A stretch of 19,334 nucleotides of DNA from Ginkgo biloba. Its lineage: Eukaryota > Plantae > Ginkgophyta. The stretch spans positions 82,216,485 through 82,235,818 of the forward strand of contig JANKJI020000002.1 of NCBI GenBank assembly GCA_024626585.2. The letters are read 5' to 3'. The notes under the pieces are model-generated. The model saw only the letters and a list, made by a program, of their open reading frames with translations. It did no database searches and was not told the origin of the DNA. Both the position numbers and the translations under genes were made by a program. Of the stretch, positions 1 through 11,994 are shown piece by piece (positions within the stretch are counted from its first letter, which is position 1; every line of letters begins with the position of its first letter).

Positions 1-830
1 ATACAATAATCATAAAAGAGTCTAAGTAGGTTCAATGAATATCATTCATCAAACTCATAAATGTGGCACGTACATTGGTTAGGTTGAAGGGTGTGACTAA
101 ACATTTGAAAATGCTTCCTTTCTATTGAAAGTTACTTTTCATATATCATCCTCTTAAATATGGGCCTAGTGATATCCTAGCTTTAAAATCATTATTGTTG
201 AAATACTTTGCTCCTTGTAACTAATAAAAAAAATTATCAAGGTGTGGAAGAGGATATCAATTATTTAGTATTATTTTGTTAAGACTTGGAAGTCTATACA
301 CATTCACAAAATTCCATTCTTCTTATGCATAAGAATTACAGGAGAATCACATGGAGAAGAGCTATGATTGATGTGCCCTTTCTTTGATAACTCTTCTAAT
401 TGCCTCTTAATCTCCTCATATTTTTTAATTTTCATATTGGAAATAAAAAGGTTACAGAGCTTGTAAAGGCCAAAGGACAGGCCCGAGAGAGACACAAGAG
501 TCAATCCTCACTAATCTCCTTATGCTCAAAAAATAATTTTCTATATAACACCCCATTAGGTAAAGGTGTTATAGGTAGTATATCAATGGCATGGGATATA
601 GTTCTTTTAGAAGGTATACCTCGTTGTTCTTTGAATACGTTTACATAGTCATCAAAATTCCAATCACTTTTTTTTTGTTGTTCCATATTGTGAATGGTAG
701 GTCTCAAATCTAGTTGAGCCTTACAACTCAGTTCTTTTGGTTCCTTATCATGACTAATATAAATATTTGTCATGCTCACCCTAATTGTTTAGCTTGTGCC
801 TTAACAACCAACATGATTGTTTGGATTTTG
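1..830 (-). mobile_element. Decayed Ty3/Gypsy pol fragment (protease-RT linker and N-terminal half of reverse transcriptase)
   Basis: The minus strand reads, with stops and frameshifts: YVNVFKEQRGIPSKRTISHAIDILPITPLPNGVLYR..EIKRQLEELSKKGHINHSSSPCDSPVILMHKKNG..MCIDFQVL..YPLPHLDNFF*LQGAKYF..GYH..LVTPFNLTNVRATFMSLMNDI..YLDSFMIIV. This is the canonical Gypsy RT motif order, running off the window just before YxDD. The 830 boundary is approximate. Confidence 0.92.
421..511 (-). mobile_element. ~91-bp non-LTR retroposed insert (LINE/SINE 3' end) with 13-bp target-site duplication
   Basis: Flanked by taatctcctcata (408-420) and taatctccttatg (512-524), 11/13 identical. The minus strand ends in the A-rich tail ...aatatgaaaattaaaaaa. 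Removing the insert and one flank restores the Gypsy frame KLFFEHKEIKRQLEE. Confidence 0.75.
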
Positions 831-3551
831 GAATGAACTTATGGATTTTTTTCAATTATCGACCTTCCTAGGCGTTGGTGAAGTAGTTGTTAAGCCTATT
901 AGGGTGCTAACTAAGCAAGCTAAATGGGATATTATTTCTGAAGTTTGCCTCTAGGATAGTAGCTTCAAGTTGAGTGATAGTGGGCTAATGTTGGAAGCTA
1001 TGAAATTGGATGAGCATTGACTGGAGGTTGCTAATTGCTGCATTGCAGGGGAGAAGTGGTGTATTGACATGTTGTTCTAGATGGTGCCATCTTTGAGAGG
1101 TGTAATGGTAGTAAGTGCTATGATTGGGCCACGTATCTATCTCATTGGACGAAGGAGTGTTTGGACAAGGTGACCATGGGACATCAAATAGGGTTTAGTC
1201 TTTCACTATATTTACTTGGATTATGTTATGATGCTTTTTGAATAGTGAAAGAACTTATCATTGTTGGTGTCCCATTCTTATGGGATTAATAGGGTCTACA
1301 CGTTCGCTAAGTGTGTAACGACATTGGGAGGAGTAGATAGATGTAGAACATGTGGCCAACACTTCATTAGAACTCAACTTGAATGAAGGTGATTGGTTAT
1401 TTAACTTATTTTAGATGTTGAAGTGGAAGAAGAGGAGGTTGACATTGAGGAGGAATCTAATGAAGCCAACTTTGTTCAAGAAATTAACTTAGAGCAATTT
1501 TTTGAGCAAGCCAATGAATCTGGTGATTCATAGACTCTAACCCCAACACAGTTTTTGGATGTGGTACCCGGGATTCCCTTGCCAGGAGGTGAACTACCAG
1601 TTAATTTTGAGGATTTTGTGGGCTTGTCCAGATTCACTAGACTCACACCCACAAAGTCGCAGGGGCATGCTTCCTTTTTAAGTGGATTCTTATAATCCTA
1701 TCAAGAATTGGACGCGTTGATAGGAGAGCTTTTGCAAGGAAGAGGTGTATATGCAACCCCATTCCATTCTTCAACCCTAATAGGTGAAGGGTTAGGAGAT
1801 ATGGGTAAGAGGAATCAGGGGAAGGGCGGACCATAATCACCACAACCAACATAAGAGGAGATGTGAATGAGGAGGCAACATGAGGCACCCAAGGGTTTGA
1901 AGGATGCACTATTGTGAATTGCAACTAACTATGAAGAAGCTAACGGCAAGGCATGGGGTTTAGTAGGGATCAATGATTGTTGGAAAGCATGATTATAGTT
2001 TTGCAAAAGGAAGAGTGAGGGTCCATACAACATAACAAGATTCAATAGCTTTTTGGAAGGCATGGAAGTTATGGAAGGAGAAAGGTCATAAGAAAGTGGT
2101 GGTGTACAACATTCGATCCTCGAATGCAAAATTCAACTATAGTTGATATGTTGGCTTGGTTGGAGGATAAAGGAGCTAACCTCTATTTTGTAGTACAAGA
2201 TTTTAAGGAATGATTGGGCAAGATGGATGTAGAGATGTAGAGGGGAAAAACTCAACTACAATAATAATAGGAGTAGGTAGAAGTAGAAATGGCTGCGACT
2301 TGGGCATAATAGATAATGAAATGATGCTAAGGGGAGAAGAAACTTAAGACATAACAAGTGGAGCGTGTACGGATCCTATGGTTGGCAACAATGGTCCACA
2401 AGGAAACTAGGGTACTTAAAAATCAAAGTGAAGGAGAAGGTGTTGAAGCCATGTACAAGTCTTCCCTTCAATAATCTTGTGGGTGAGTGCTCTATTGTTA
2501 CTCCCTTGCTTGTGAGTTCTAGTATTTCTAGCATCTCCTTATCTTAATCCACACTTTCATTGAGTCCTAATATTAGTTAAGGATTATCCTCCTCAACTCT
2601 TAGTACATGACCAATGTTAATTATCTTTATCTTTCCCTCCTACTTCATTCTTGGTGTATCCTTCACCCATGTTTTCTGTGTTCCACAAATTTGCCTTTTA
2701 TCAAATCTTTAATCTAATAACTTTTAACTCATCCCCTATCACTTTCAACATATGGGGAATATCCATTTCGATTTCTAGTCTTACAAATTCCACTCTAGGA
2801 AACCCAATAATTGAAGACTTGAATATCACCCAACCCTTAGGCTCTACATTTATAGATATATTTGACATTCTGAGCCTTGTCTGCTCCAGACCAAACAATA
2901 CTACTTCATTAGATTCCACATTCATAGGCTTATCAAATTCAGCTTCGGTTTTGACATCAGTTGTAGAAGACAGTGTCAACACTACTGCAACCCTCATTAT
3001 AGTTGATGTGTCTTGGAGAGCTAGCACATGGTTCTATAGAGTCAAGCACATGGAGGGGCTATGACCATGGGGAACTATTNNNNNNNNNNNNNNNNNNNNN
3101 NNNNNNNNNNNNNNNNNNNNNNNNNNNNNNNNNNNNNNNNNNNNNNNNNNNNNNNNNNNNNNNNNNNNNNNNNNNNNNNNNNNNNNNNNNNNNNNNNNNN
3201 NNNNNNNNNNNNNNNNNNNNNNNNNNNNNNNNNNNNNNNNNNNNNNNNNNNNNNNNNNNNNNNNNNNNNNNNNNNNNNNNNNNNNNNNNNNNNNNNNNNN
3301 NNNNNNNNNNNNNNNNNNNNNNNNNNNNNNNNNNNNNNNNNNNNNNNNNNNNNNNNNNNNNNNNNNNNNNNNNNNNNNNNNNNNNNNNNNNNNNNNNNNN
3401 NNNNNNNNNNNNNNNNNNNNNNNNNNNNNNNNNNNNNNNNNNNNNNNNNNNNNNNNNNNNNNNNNNNNNNNNNNNNNNNNNNNNNNNNNNNNNNNNNNNN
3501 NNNNNNNNNNNNNNNNNNNNNNNNNNNNNNNNNNNNNNNNNNNNNNNNNNN

Positions 3552-3945
3552 NCTTGTGCATAGGGAATCTTTGGATGTCGTGCAAGTATTGGCGACTTCA
3601 ACAGACACGTGTGGAGGAATATCTCGGACTGCGTGTAATGGTGTATCGGCTTTCGGGCTCATTGTTCAAGTTTCAACATCCCGCAGAGTGCACCATAAAA
3701 GTGCACACATTTTTGTTGTACTACTGATACGCATTTTTAGAGTATCCTACTGATACGTGCATGATTCTGTGGTATTGAAGGAACATGCCGTACAGAGGAG
3801 CAGAGATTGATCTTACAGAAAGGATAGAGCTAGTTTTCACTGAGAAGAAGAGAATACATACAGTTATAATATATGAGTACTCCCTTGGTTCGACACCAAA
3901 TCGCTTTCGCAACGCGCTGAAGGTCATTCCTTCATACTCCTAACA
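3552..3945. mobile_element. Probable LTR segment of a comparatively young retrotransposon, truncated by a gap
   Basis: Ends in ...CTCCTAACA at 3945 (TGTTAGGAG on the minus strand), a typical LTR terminus. It retains many CpGs, unlike its flanks, has an internal direct repeat ctactgatacg (3721, 3747), and abuts the 472-N gap. Confidence 0.4.
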
Positions 3946-4009
3946 AGCAAGTACATCAATAGTTCCTAGTTCTTCTCAAGTTGAGCGAGATACTTGCTTC
4001 TTTTAATTT

Positions 4010-4354
4010 GAGGGGAGAGATGGTAGTAGCTATTGATGTAATTGTGGAATTGCCTTGTCTTGTCAAAGTACAGGACTTGTAAAATATATAGGACTTGCTC
4101 TAGTTAGTTAGTAGCTAGGTATTTGCCAATGGATGTAATTTAATGTGATAGTTTGAGGGTGTTACCTTTTCTTTATACAAGAACCCCATCTTTATTTTGA
4201 GAGAGACAATGGTTGATTGGCCTAGGCTACACACTACGATGGTCATCAATGTAGTTTATGTTGTTTTGCAATATATGATCACTATTGTGCATTCTCTTAT
4301 TGATTGTTCTCCTTTCATTCATTGTCCTAATGCTATTCTTAGATTTGTAACTCA
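4010..4354 (+). mobile_element. Candidate polypurine tract and decayed 3' LTR (Copia-like)
   Basis: ttGAGGGGAGAGA (4010-4020) is followed immediately by TG (4021). The segment contains a gttagttagtag motif and ends in CA at ~4354, where Gypsy integrase homology begins. Confidence 0.35.
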
Positions 4355-4367
4355 AAGGAAGCAATTG

Positions 4368-4794
4368 CATAACCAACATACTCTTTTTAAATTAGTTTAT
4401 GGGTAGGATGCAATGATTCCATTAGAATTTTTGATCCCTAGTTTAGGGATTCAACTTGATAAGTGTCTCCATGGTGTTGCAAGTTTGCAACAACAATTGG
4501 ATAAGTTGTTGCAGTGGACTGAACGACGATTAATGGCTCAATGTGCAATGATAATAGCGTAGAAGCAATGTAAGCATTATTGTGAGAAGCATTTAAGGAA
4601 GCATAATATTCAAGTGGAGTCACAAGTGTTGTAGTATGATGGGAAATTTGAAATCTACCCAAGAAGTTGAATATTAGATGTCTTGGACCTTTTGTGGTGA
4701 CCGAGATTTATGAAAATGGTGCAATGCAACTGTCTAGTCTAGGTAGTTCTTTAAGAGAGGAAGTGTAAATGGATCAAAATAGAGTTTGTATTAG
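4368..4794 (+). mobile_element. Decayed Ty3/Gypsy integrase C-terminal fragment
   Basis: Reads HTLFKLVYG*DAMIPLEFLIPSL..ERRLMAQ..KHYCEKHLRKHNIQVESQVL*YD..KLNIRCLGPFVVTEIYENGAMQL..VNGSK. This matches the TPFxLVYG and GPY/F (WxGPF...NG...VNG) regions of Gypsy integrase. Confidence 0.85.
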
Positions 4795-6761
4795 CNNNNN
4801 NNNNNNNNNNNNNNNNNNNNNNNNNNNNNNNNNNNNNNNNNNNNNNNNNNNNNNNNNNNNNNNNNNNNNNNNNNNNNNNNNNNNNNACTAACATTACCAA
4901 TGTAAAGGACATTTGATCAACATTTGTCAATAATTTTAGTCCACATGACATAATGGTTATGATGGAGGATGTGAAATGTATTGTTGTTAATCATGTTGGC
5001 GACAGACCATGCTAAGAGATCTATCAATTTGTAATGGGAAGATGAAGATGACACTCAAATTGATCAAGTTTATCAAAAAATGACCAAGTATAGATTTGCA
5101 CTCACAATCGAGCAATTGANNNNNNNNNNNNNNNNNNNNNNNNNNNNNNNNNNNNNNNGATTAGGTGGAAGATTACTAGTGGGACTTGTTACCTAAGAAC
5201 TAAAGACAAATGCAAAAAAAAAAAAAATTAGAGCTCTGCAATAGTAGTGGGGCCCACCAAAGATCATGTAAGGGCCCTTGCTGAAGAAAAACATGGTAAT
5301 TTTCATAAATAATGGTAAAAGTCAGATGGAAAAGGGGCCCCCATTAGGGACCCCCTTTTATTTTATTTGTCTTATGTTGGACGATCAGATGGTAGCTTGG
5401 ATAATTGGATGGCTTAACCACTAGATGACAACTCGAACAGTTAGATGACATAGTTGTCGAACAACACTCCTTGCACGTCTTGGGGGCCAGGCAATGTTCA
5501 CTATTGAACGACATGTCAGGGGTCAGACGATGTTTGTTGACGGATGACAACCACTATTAGATGGTAGTCTGAGGATTGGATGAGACTCATCGTTAAATGT
5601 CATGGGGGATAGAGAATGCCTACTATCAAACAATAGGTTGGTAGTTGGATGACGCCCAACAAGCACCTAGGTTGGTGGTCTTTTCTTCACATGGAAATGA
5701 GTTATTCATTATGGTTTTCATAATGAATCATCATGAAAAGAAATTTAAAACAAAATGGATCATGGAAACCTAAATAGAAAGAGAGTAGAGTTTCTAAATT
5801 CTCTTCTTAAAAATATCTACATAGAGTTAAATGCAAAGGAGAAAAATATAAGAAGATGTTATGTTTACTTACTCTTGATATAGTATCAATTCCTTTATTA
5901 TAATAAAACTATGTCTTAAATGATATTATTAAAATAACAAAGGAACATAAGGGGTTACATGTTGACAAGAAATTAAATCAAGGATAAGAAAATTAATAGA
6001 GGGTTAGTGATGGGAAAAACGAAAAAATGTGATGAAATTAAGATTACTTTGGGTACTTGCTATAGTTTGTATTTTAAATTTATAATCTCTTATCTTAGTA
6101 CAATCGAAGTATCTCTTTTGAACCATAATTGGTTGTTCATCTCATTAATTTAATGGATTACCATGGAGATTGTCTTACCAGTTCAAACTTTCCTCCATCC
6201 TAGTTAGGGTTTATTCATTAAATATACGATAGAATGTATGCAACATTAAATATTCAATATTGCACCATAAATATCCATAACTATCACAATTAAGCCCTTA
6301 GATTAAGGGAACCCCACCTTAAGGGGTTCAAATTTGAAAAATTAGGACTTAACTCCATGATATGAGCATTCACAAATTAGAAATACTATTTTATCCTTAA
6401 AATTATAGAAAATACATTAATATATGGTAGCCAAAAAATAAACTGTCAAGATATCCCATTAATTTATGGTAGCTAGAATTATTATAAAGTTAGGGTTTGT
6501 ACTTATAGAATTTAATACTTAACTAGATGAAAACCNNNNNNNNNNNNNNNNNNNNNNNNNNNNNNNNNNNNNNNNNNNNNNNNNNNNNNNNNNNNNNNNN
6601 NNNNNNNNNNNNNNNNNNNNNNNNNNNNNNNNNNNAATAGGGCAAGTGTCTGGTAGTTTTTGTATTTTTTTTTTCTTGGTACTTTACCCTTTGTTGTTGT
6701 TGCTCATGTTTCCATGGTTGGTCGACAAAATTGTTGAGCAAAGGTAGTTAACCAAGTGTTA

Positions 6762-6823
6762 GGGCCAAGTGCACAACCTAATCAATAGGGTGGGCCAAGT
6801 GCACTATCAACACAATAGGGTGG
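6762..6823. repeat. 30-bp tandem duplication (2 copies)
   Basis: gggccaagtgcac at 6762 and 6792; caatagggtgg at 6783 and 6813. Confidence 0.9.
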
Positions 6824-6942
6824 CTTGTAACATTTGACATGTTGTAAATTTAATGTTCAAATAGACTTGGATTCTCCTACTAATGGCACTTGAATGGGAG
6901 ATGGAAGTCATTTAGTACNNNNNNNNNNNNNNNNNNNNTTTG

Positions 6943-7054
6943 TTATACTTGAGTTGCATACTTGGTGGCAGTTACTCGACCATACGCTTATATTGATGAA
7001 TGTTGAAATAGGCAGTTACTTGACCATACGCTTATACTTGAGTTTCATACTTGG
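6943..7054. repeat. ~44-bp minisatellite with a conserved 26-bp core
   Basis: ggcagttact(c/t)gaccatacgcttata at 6967-6992 and 7011-7036; ttatacttgagtt(g/t)catacttgg at 6943-6965 and 7032-7054. Confidence 0.9.
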
Positions 7055-8401
7055 GTAGCTTCATGCAATATTATTCCCATGTTGAGAAAAATTCTAGATA
7101 TTTTGAATCATATGGTGAAGAATGGCGATCCCAAAGATTTTATTCACATGGATTGATGGGGTGAGGATTTCTTACGAACCTGTAAATTTTGTGAGGTCGT
7201 TGGCTTTTGGAAGTTCAGGGGAGGAAGCAACTAGACCATTGGTGATTGTTGCTAAGGAGTAGAAGGCGGCATGGATACATGTTCTATGTATAATTGATGA
7301 TTCTGAAATGCGTTGACATGGGGCTAGGTGNNNNNNNNNNNNTCAAAAACTGGAGAACTTTATAAGGTCATTGCTTTGTTGTGTTGCTGATTGGTGGGAG
7401 AGTAGAGGTGTAATGATTTTGAAATGGTTTGCTTCATATTTGTAAGGTGTGATGGAAGGGAGAAGGTTTAACAAGTGCAAATTCTTATTGGCAAAATTAC
7501 ACAAGGCCTTTGATACTATGGGTTAATAAATCTTTGTATTTGATGGGTTTTTATTATGATGCCTTTTGGATGTCATCATAACTAGTACAAGNNNNNNNNN
7601 NNNNNNNNNNNNNNNNNNNNNNNNNNNNNNCCTTATGTGGTAGTAAGGTCGGAAGGAGAAGCGTCTGACTTTAACTCGGGATTTGGAGAACAAAAGTGAG
7701 ATTGAATCCACAGAAGAGGACACATTGTTTGATTTATAGTAAAAAATAGATGGGTCATCTTGGGGCTTTAAGTAGCTACGCAAACAACCATGTCAAACTA
7801 GGATAGGCTGTGAGATAAATCAGGGTTTAGATTGTCCTTAATTAGCATCAATAATTGACTCAACCTTTATATTAGATCCATAGACAATTCTTGTTTTTGT
7901 AACATCTATACTTGTTGAGTTCTAGGATGACGATATGTTCACCGAAGGTAATCTAGAGGCAACAATGTAGACTTTTCTGACTATTGTGGGCAATGTAGAT
8001 CTTTTTTAGGAGTCATTTTTTGATGAAATATTTAATGACTTGAGATTTGCTAATGAAAGGGAGGCCTTGGGAGAGATCAAATTATCTGAGGAGGAGACAC
8101 CACCAAACTCTAAGGATATTGTAGAAGATGATGCAATGATGGAAACGGTTTTAGATTCTTGATCTTTAAGAGCATCGATAGGAGAAGAGGGGGTGGCTCC
8201 AGTACCAGATGAGCGGGAGATTTCAGGGAAAACTCGAGGATTCAAATTAAGAGCAATGCCAACTCTTGGCATTAGTAAAATTTTCAGGATCATTCGCTCT
8301 TTGCCAACATCAAGTTAAATTATTGAACAAATTGTGATGAGCACCTTAATTAAGAGTTAGGATACTTTTCCTTAGTTAGAATATTGGTGTTCATGATATA
8401 T

Positions 8402-8708
8402 TGTAAATATTCTTAGGTTGGTGTGTTTGTACTTAGTGTGTTTTTTAGTTAGCNNNNNNNNNNNNNNNNNNNTGGCTAATTAGGAAAGATAATTGCCACT
8501 AAGAGTCAGTGAAAATGGTAGTTACGATAGGTGTCAATTGCTTGTAGTGAGCCTCTTCATTATATAAAGGCCGCTACCCTTCATGTATTTTTGAAATTGG
8601 ATTTGGAAGTGAATAGAGTTCATGTGTGCCTTCATTGCTCGAGCAAGTTCTGCCTTTCTCATTCTCTTGTAGTTAGAAGGAATTNNNNNNNNNATCTTGC
8701 TCATAACA
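8402..8708 (+). mobile_element. Candidate decayed solo LTR
   Basis: Begins TGTAA and ends TAACA, and contains a ttagttagc motif and a TATATAAAGG box (~8561). There is no matching 5-bp TSD (tatat vs aattt). Confidence 0.3.
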
Positions 8709-10699
8709 AATTTGTAGGTGGAGTGCACGAACATTTTGATGTAAATGGACTAAGGTGGGGACCATCTTCGGAGGAATGATCAAGGTTGGTGGTGAGGGAG
8801 ATTTGAGCAACTTTTCATCGATAATAGGAGGAATAGAGGGATTAGATGACGTGCACTATTGAGCAAGATACAAATAGTTGAACTTCATATGTTTGACTAG
8901 TGAACACATGAGGTGTTGAGGAGTTGGTAATCTCAGAGGAGGTAGACCTTCTTATCTTGCTACTTATTTGCAAATCGTGATGGTTGTCCCTAGAGGCTAA
9001 TATTCAGTTTGCAAATCATATGGTTGATAGACATATGTTTTATGGGAGGGAGCAAGAGTTGGAAGAGCTGCAACAAGAGTTGGTGGGAGTCATCCACTCA
9101 AAGCAATGGCATACAATCACACTTCAAATAGAATAGGTGATTACTCCCAACTTGTACAAAATGGCTAGGATGATCACTACAAGTTCGACTACTCTTGAAC
9201 ATAGCCTAGTAGTCCCCCATTGACGTTCAACTACTTCGAAATGGAAAGGATGATTGACTACTTAATAACACTTCCGCCACATGATTTTATCAGAGTATTC
9301 AAATATTAGCAGGTGACTCTTAGGCTATGTTCTGGCGTTCACTTAGATGTCAGGGAACCATTGAATGACCATTTGGCAATGAGTTAGGGGATTTATCGNN
9401 NNNNNNNNNNNTATTATGCTTTTGGGAGGCAAGGGTTGGTGATTTAGTATGCCAACCATCACCAAACGATTGCCAAGTGTTCCTTTTTCCTAGAAGGGAC
9501 CACCTAATTTTACGTTATCATCATTCATGTATTTGTTTGACTCTTGGATGATTTCCTATGTATTTATTATTTACCTTATATTGAACTAGATATAATACTA
9601 TTGCCAACATGTTGATGTCTTGCTTATTGATATGATTGATCTTTGTGTATGGAATGTTTCTTGAAGTATCAATGTTGATCTAGATCCATAACTCGAGAAT
9701 TTCTACTCAACAATTTTGACCTTCACAATAATAAGTTCACAATGTTTCAGCAGTTGTTGGGCATGTTATCAAAGCCAGTGCAAGACCAACTTGTCACATG
9801 TTGTAGTATGAGGTCAGCTGGAGTCTCTCTTAGTGTATTTGAAGGTAGAGGTCAGCCTAAGGGAAAAAGCCCGAGTCTCAGTATTATATTTTGAGTATAC
9901 ACTAATGGTATTGTGCCTTTAGTTTGTTGAAGCTTTGCGACTGGGCCAATGTACTTTAGATATTTGCTTTGTACTTATATTTGAAACTGATATCTTAGTA
10001 GTAGGGGCTAATTGTCTGTCATTTCGGGTTTGTTTGGTTGGCTAAAAGGTCGATTTGGGTCGGAGACGCATTGTCAACAAGATGATTGTTGATGGCACTT
10101 GCTAATATATCNNNNNNNNNNNNNNNNNNNNNNNNNNNNNNNNNNNNNNNNNNNNNNNNNNNNNNNNNNNNNNNNNNNNNNNNNNNNNNNNNNNNNNNNN
10201 NNNNNNNNNNNNNNNNNNNNNNNNNNNNNNNNNNNNNNNNNNNNNNNNNNNNNNNNNNNNNNNNNNNNNNNNNNNNNNNNNNNNNNNNNNNNNNNNNNNN
10301 NNNNNNNNNNNNNNNNNNNNNNNNNNNNNNNNNNNNNNNNNNNNNNNNNNNNNNNNNNNNNNNNNNNNNNNNNNNNNNNNNNNNNNNNNNNNNNNNNNNN
10401 NNNNNNNNNNNNNNNNNNNNNNNNNNNNNNNNNNNNNNNNNNNNNNNNNNNNNNNNNNNNNNNNNNNNNNNNNNNNNNNNNNNNNNNNNNNNNNNNNNNN
10501 NNNNNNNNNNNNNNNNNNNNNNNNNNNNNNNNNNNNNNNNNNNNNNNNNNNNNNNNNNNNNNNNNNNNNNNNNNNNNNNNNNNNNNNNNNNNNNNNNNNN
10601 NNNNNNNNNNNNNNNNNNNNNNNNNNNNNNNNNNNNNNNNNNNNNNNNTCGGACATCAAAGTTCAGTTCTGTCCAAAAATGGATGATGATGGCCAAAAG

Positions 10700-11200
10700 A
10701 ATGAATTAGTATGCTGCACTCTATGCTTTTTGTTCACCCTCGTTACAAAGACGTTGTGGCTTATGGAACAATTCACTAATAAAGAGGGCCACACACCTTT
10801 GATTCTCATATGCTATGAAGCTAGAAAGAGAACCTTTCTAGTCTTGAGACCGATAATAGCTTCTACATCAAATATCATAATGTATTGGACATCTAAAGAT
10901 ATAATGCTCCTCCTCTTCCACCTCCATAACACAATCTACAAAAAGACAGCTTTCAATTACTGTAATCAGATTATATCTGAAGTTGATCAGAATATTCTCT
11001 ATTCTGTCTAATTGAGAATCTTGGGGAATGGGGCTTATGAATATTGAGGTTCCCAGGAGGTTTATCACCTGATATGTAAAGAAAATGCTCATTATAGGGC
11101 ATTTGTGGACCAAGGGCTTGATGAGGAGAGATTCATGTAACCTGCAGTTATGCCTGACAAATCTCACCATAAATAAATTATTAATCTTCTTTCTTGGATG
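10700..11200 (-). mobile_element. Decayed LINE (non-LTR retrotransposon) ORF2 C-terminal CCHC zinc-finger region
   Basis: Across one frameshift the minus strand reads FCRLC/MEVEEEEHYIFRCPIHYDI*..GSLSSFIAYENQRCVALFISELF. This is the CxxC..ExxxHxxxxC motif found C-terminal to LINE RT. Boundaries are approximate. Confidence 0.7.
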
Positions 11201-11399
11201 CGGACATTATGACCATCTAGTGAATACCTTGTGGGAGGTTAAATGATTCATAGGTAACCCTGTGGACGGACATGGAAGAATCCTCTGCTTACCAACAATG
11301 TTTATGTCCAGTTGAGTTATGATGTGCTAATGCCATGCAGGAACAGGGGTCTTGACAAGGATGCCTAGCTCATCCTGGTGAGGAATATACAAAACCCCT

Positions 11400-11994
11400 A
11401 ATCCTATGAAAATATATAGTGACCCTAAAATACAAATTCACATGATATTTATATCAAATTATAGTTATCTAAGTTCTAATTAGATAATCAATAGTTCCAA
11501 AATTATTAGCAACATGCAAGGTTGATGTCATTCACATCCAATACAAATATGCATAAAATTAAGACAAGAATTTTTTTTTTATCTTCCTATACAAATGATA
11601 ATGTGATACAATATGAAAATAGACTAGTTGGGTGAAGAGCCATGTTGAAATGAGCTCTACTAGGGTTTCCAATAGGGAGGGGTTTCTTCTCCACTGGGAT
11701 GGAAACTTCCTCTAACCCCTAACCTTAGATGGGTTCAGTTTATTTGTAGTGCGCAAATGGTTGGCTATTTATAGGGAAGAGGTGGGTCTCACTTATGGTT
11801 AGAAGGTCCATTTATGGAGGATTTCTTGGTCTTATTGACTCTCTAACATATTTTAAAGGCATCTCATTGGGTGATAATGCTTTAGTGTTTCTTTTGACCC
11901 ATTATAGGATTTATCTATTTTATGGTAAAGTTGTTTATTGATTTGTTATTGTTGGTGAATGTGTTTCATTAGATTAATTATGTTAATGCAATGT
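11400..11994 (-). mobile_element. Possible LTR fragment with TATA box on the minus strand
   Basis: CCCTATAAATAGCC on the minus strand (~11763-11776) and tagggtttc/aaccccta motifs typical of plant LTRs. Termini were not identified. Confidence 0.25.

Noticed and set aside
3003-3753. Long ORFs spanning N-runs (also 10019-10709, 11946-12209, 14317-14624, 16051-16320 and 18099-18314)
   Set aside because: They are artefacts of assembly gaps translating as X. Only the short FHAHTKHVEVHHHY part after 14552 is meaningful (Copia RNase H).
6200-6500. Telomeric repeats (scattered ttaggg/tagggttt)
   Set aside because: These are isolated single motifs, not tandem arrays, and are common in plant LTR or AT-rich DNA.
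6943-7054. CRISPR array
   Set aside because: There are only two core repeats, the spacers are too short and one recurs, there are no cas genes, and the context is a eukaryotic intron.
9672-9893. Open + strand stretch (SITREFLLNNFDL...) as the missing upstream exon
   Set aside because: It has no recognisable PP4R3 similarity and no convincing splice-site pair.
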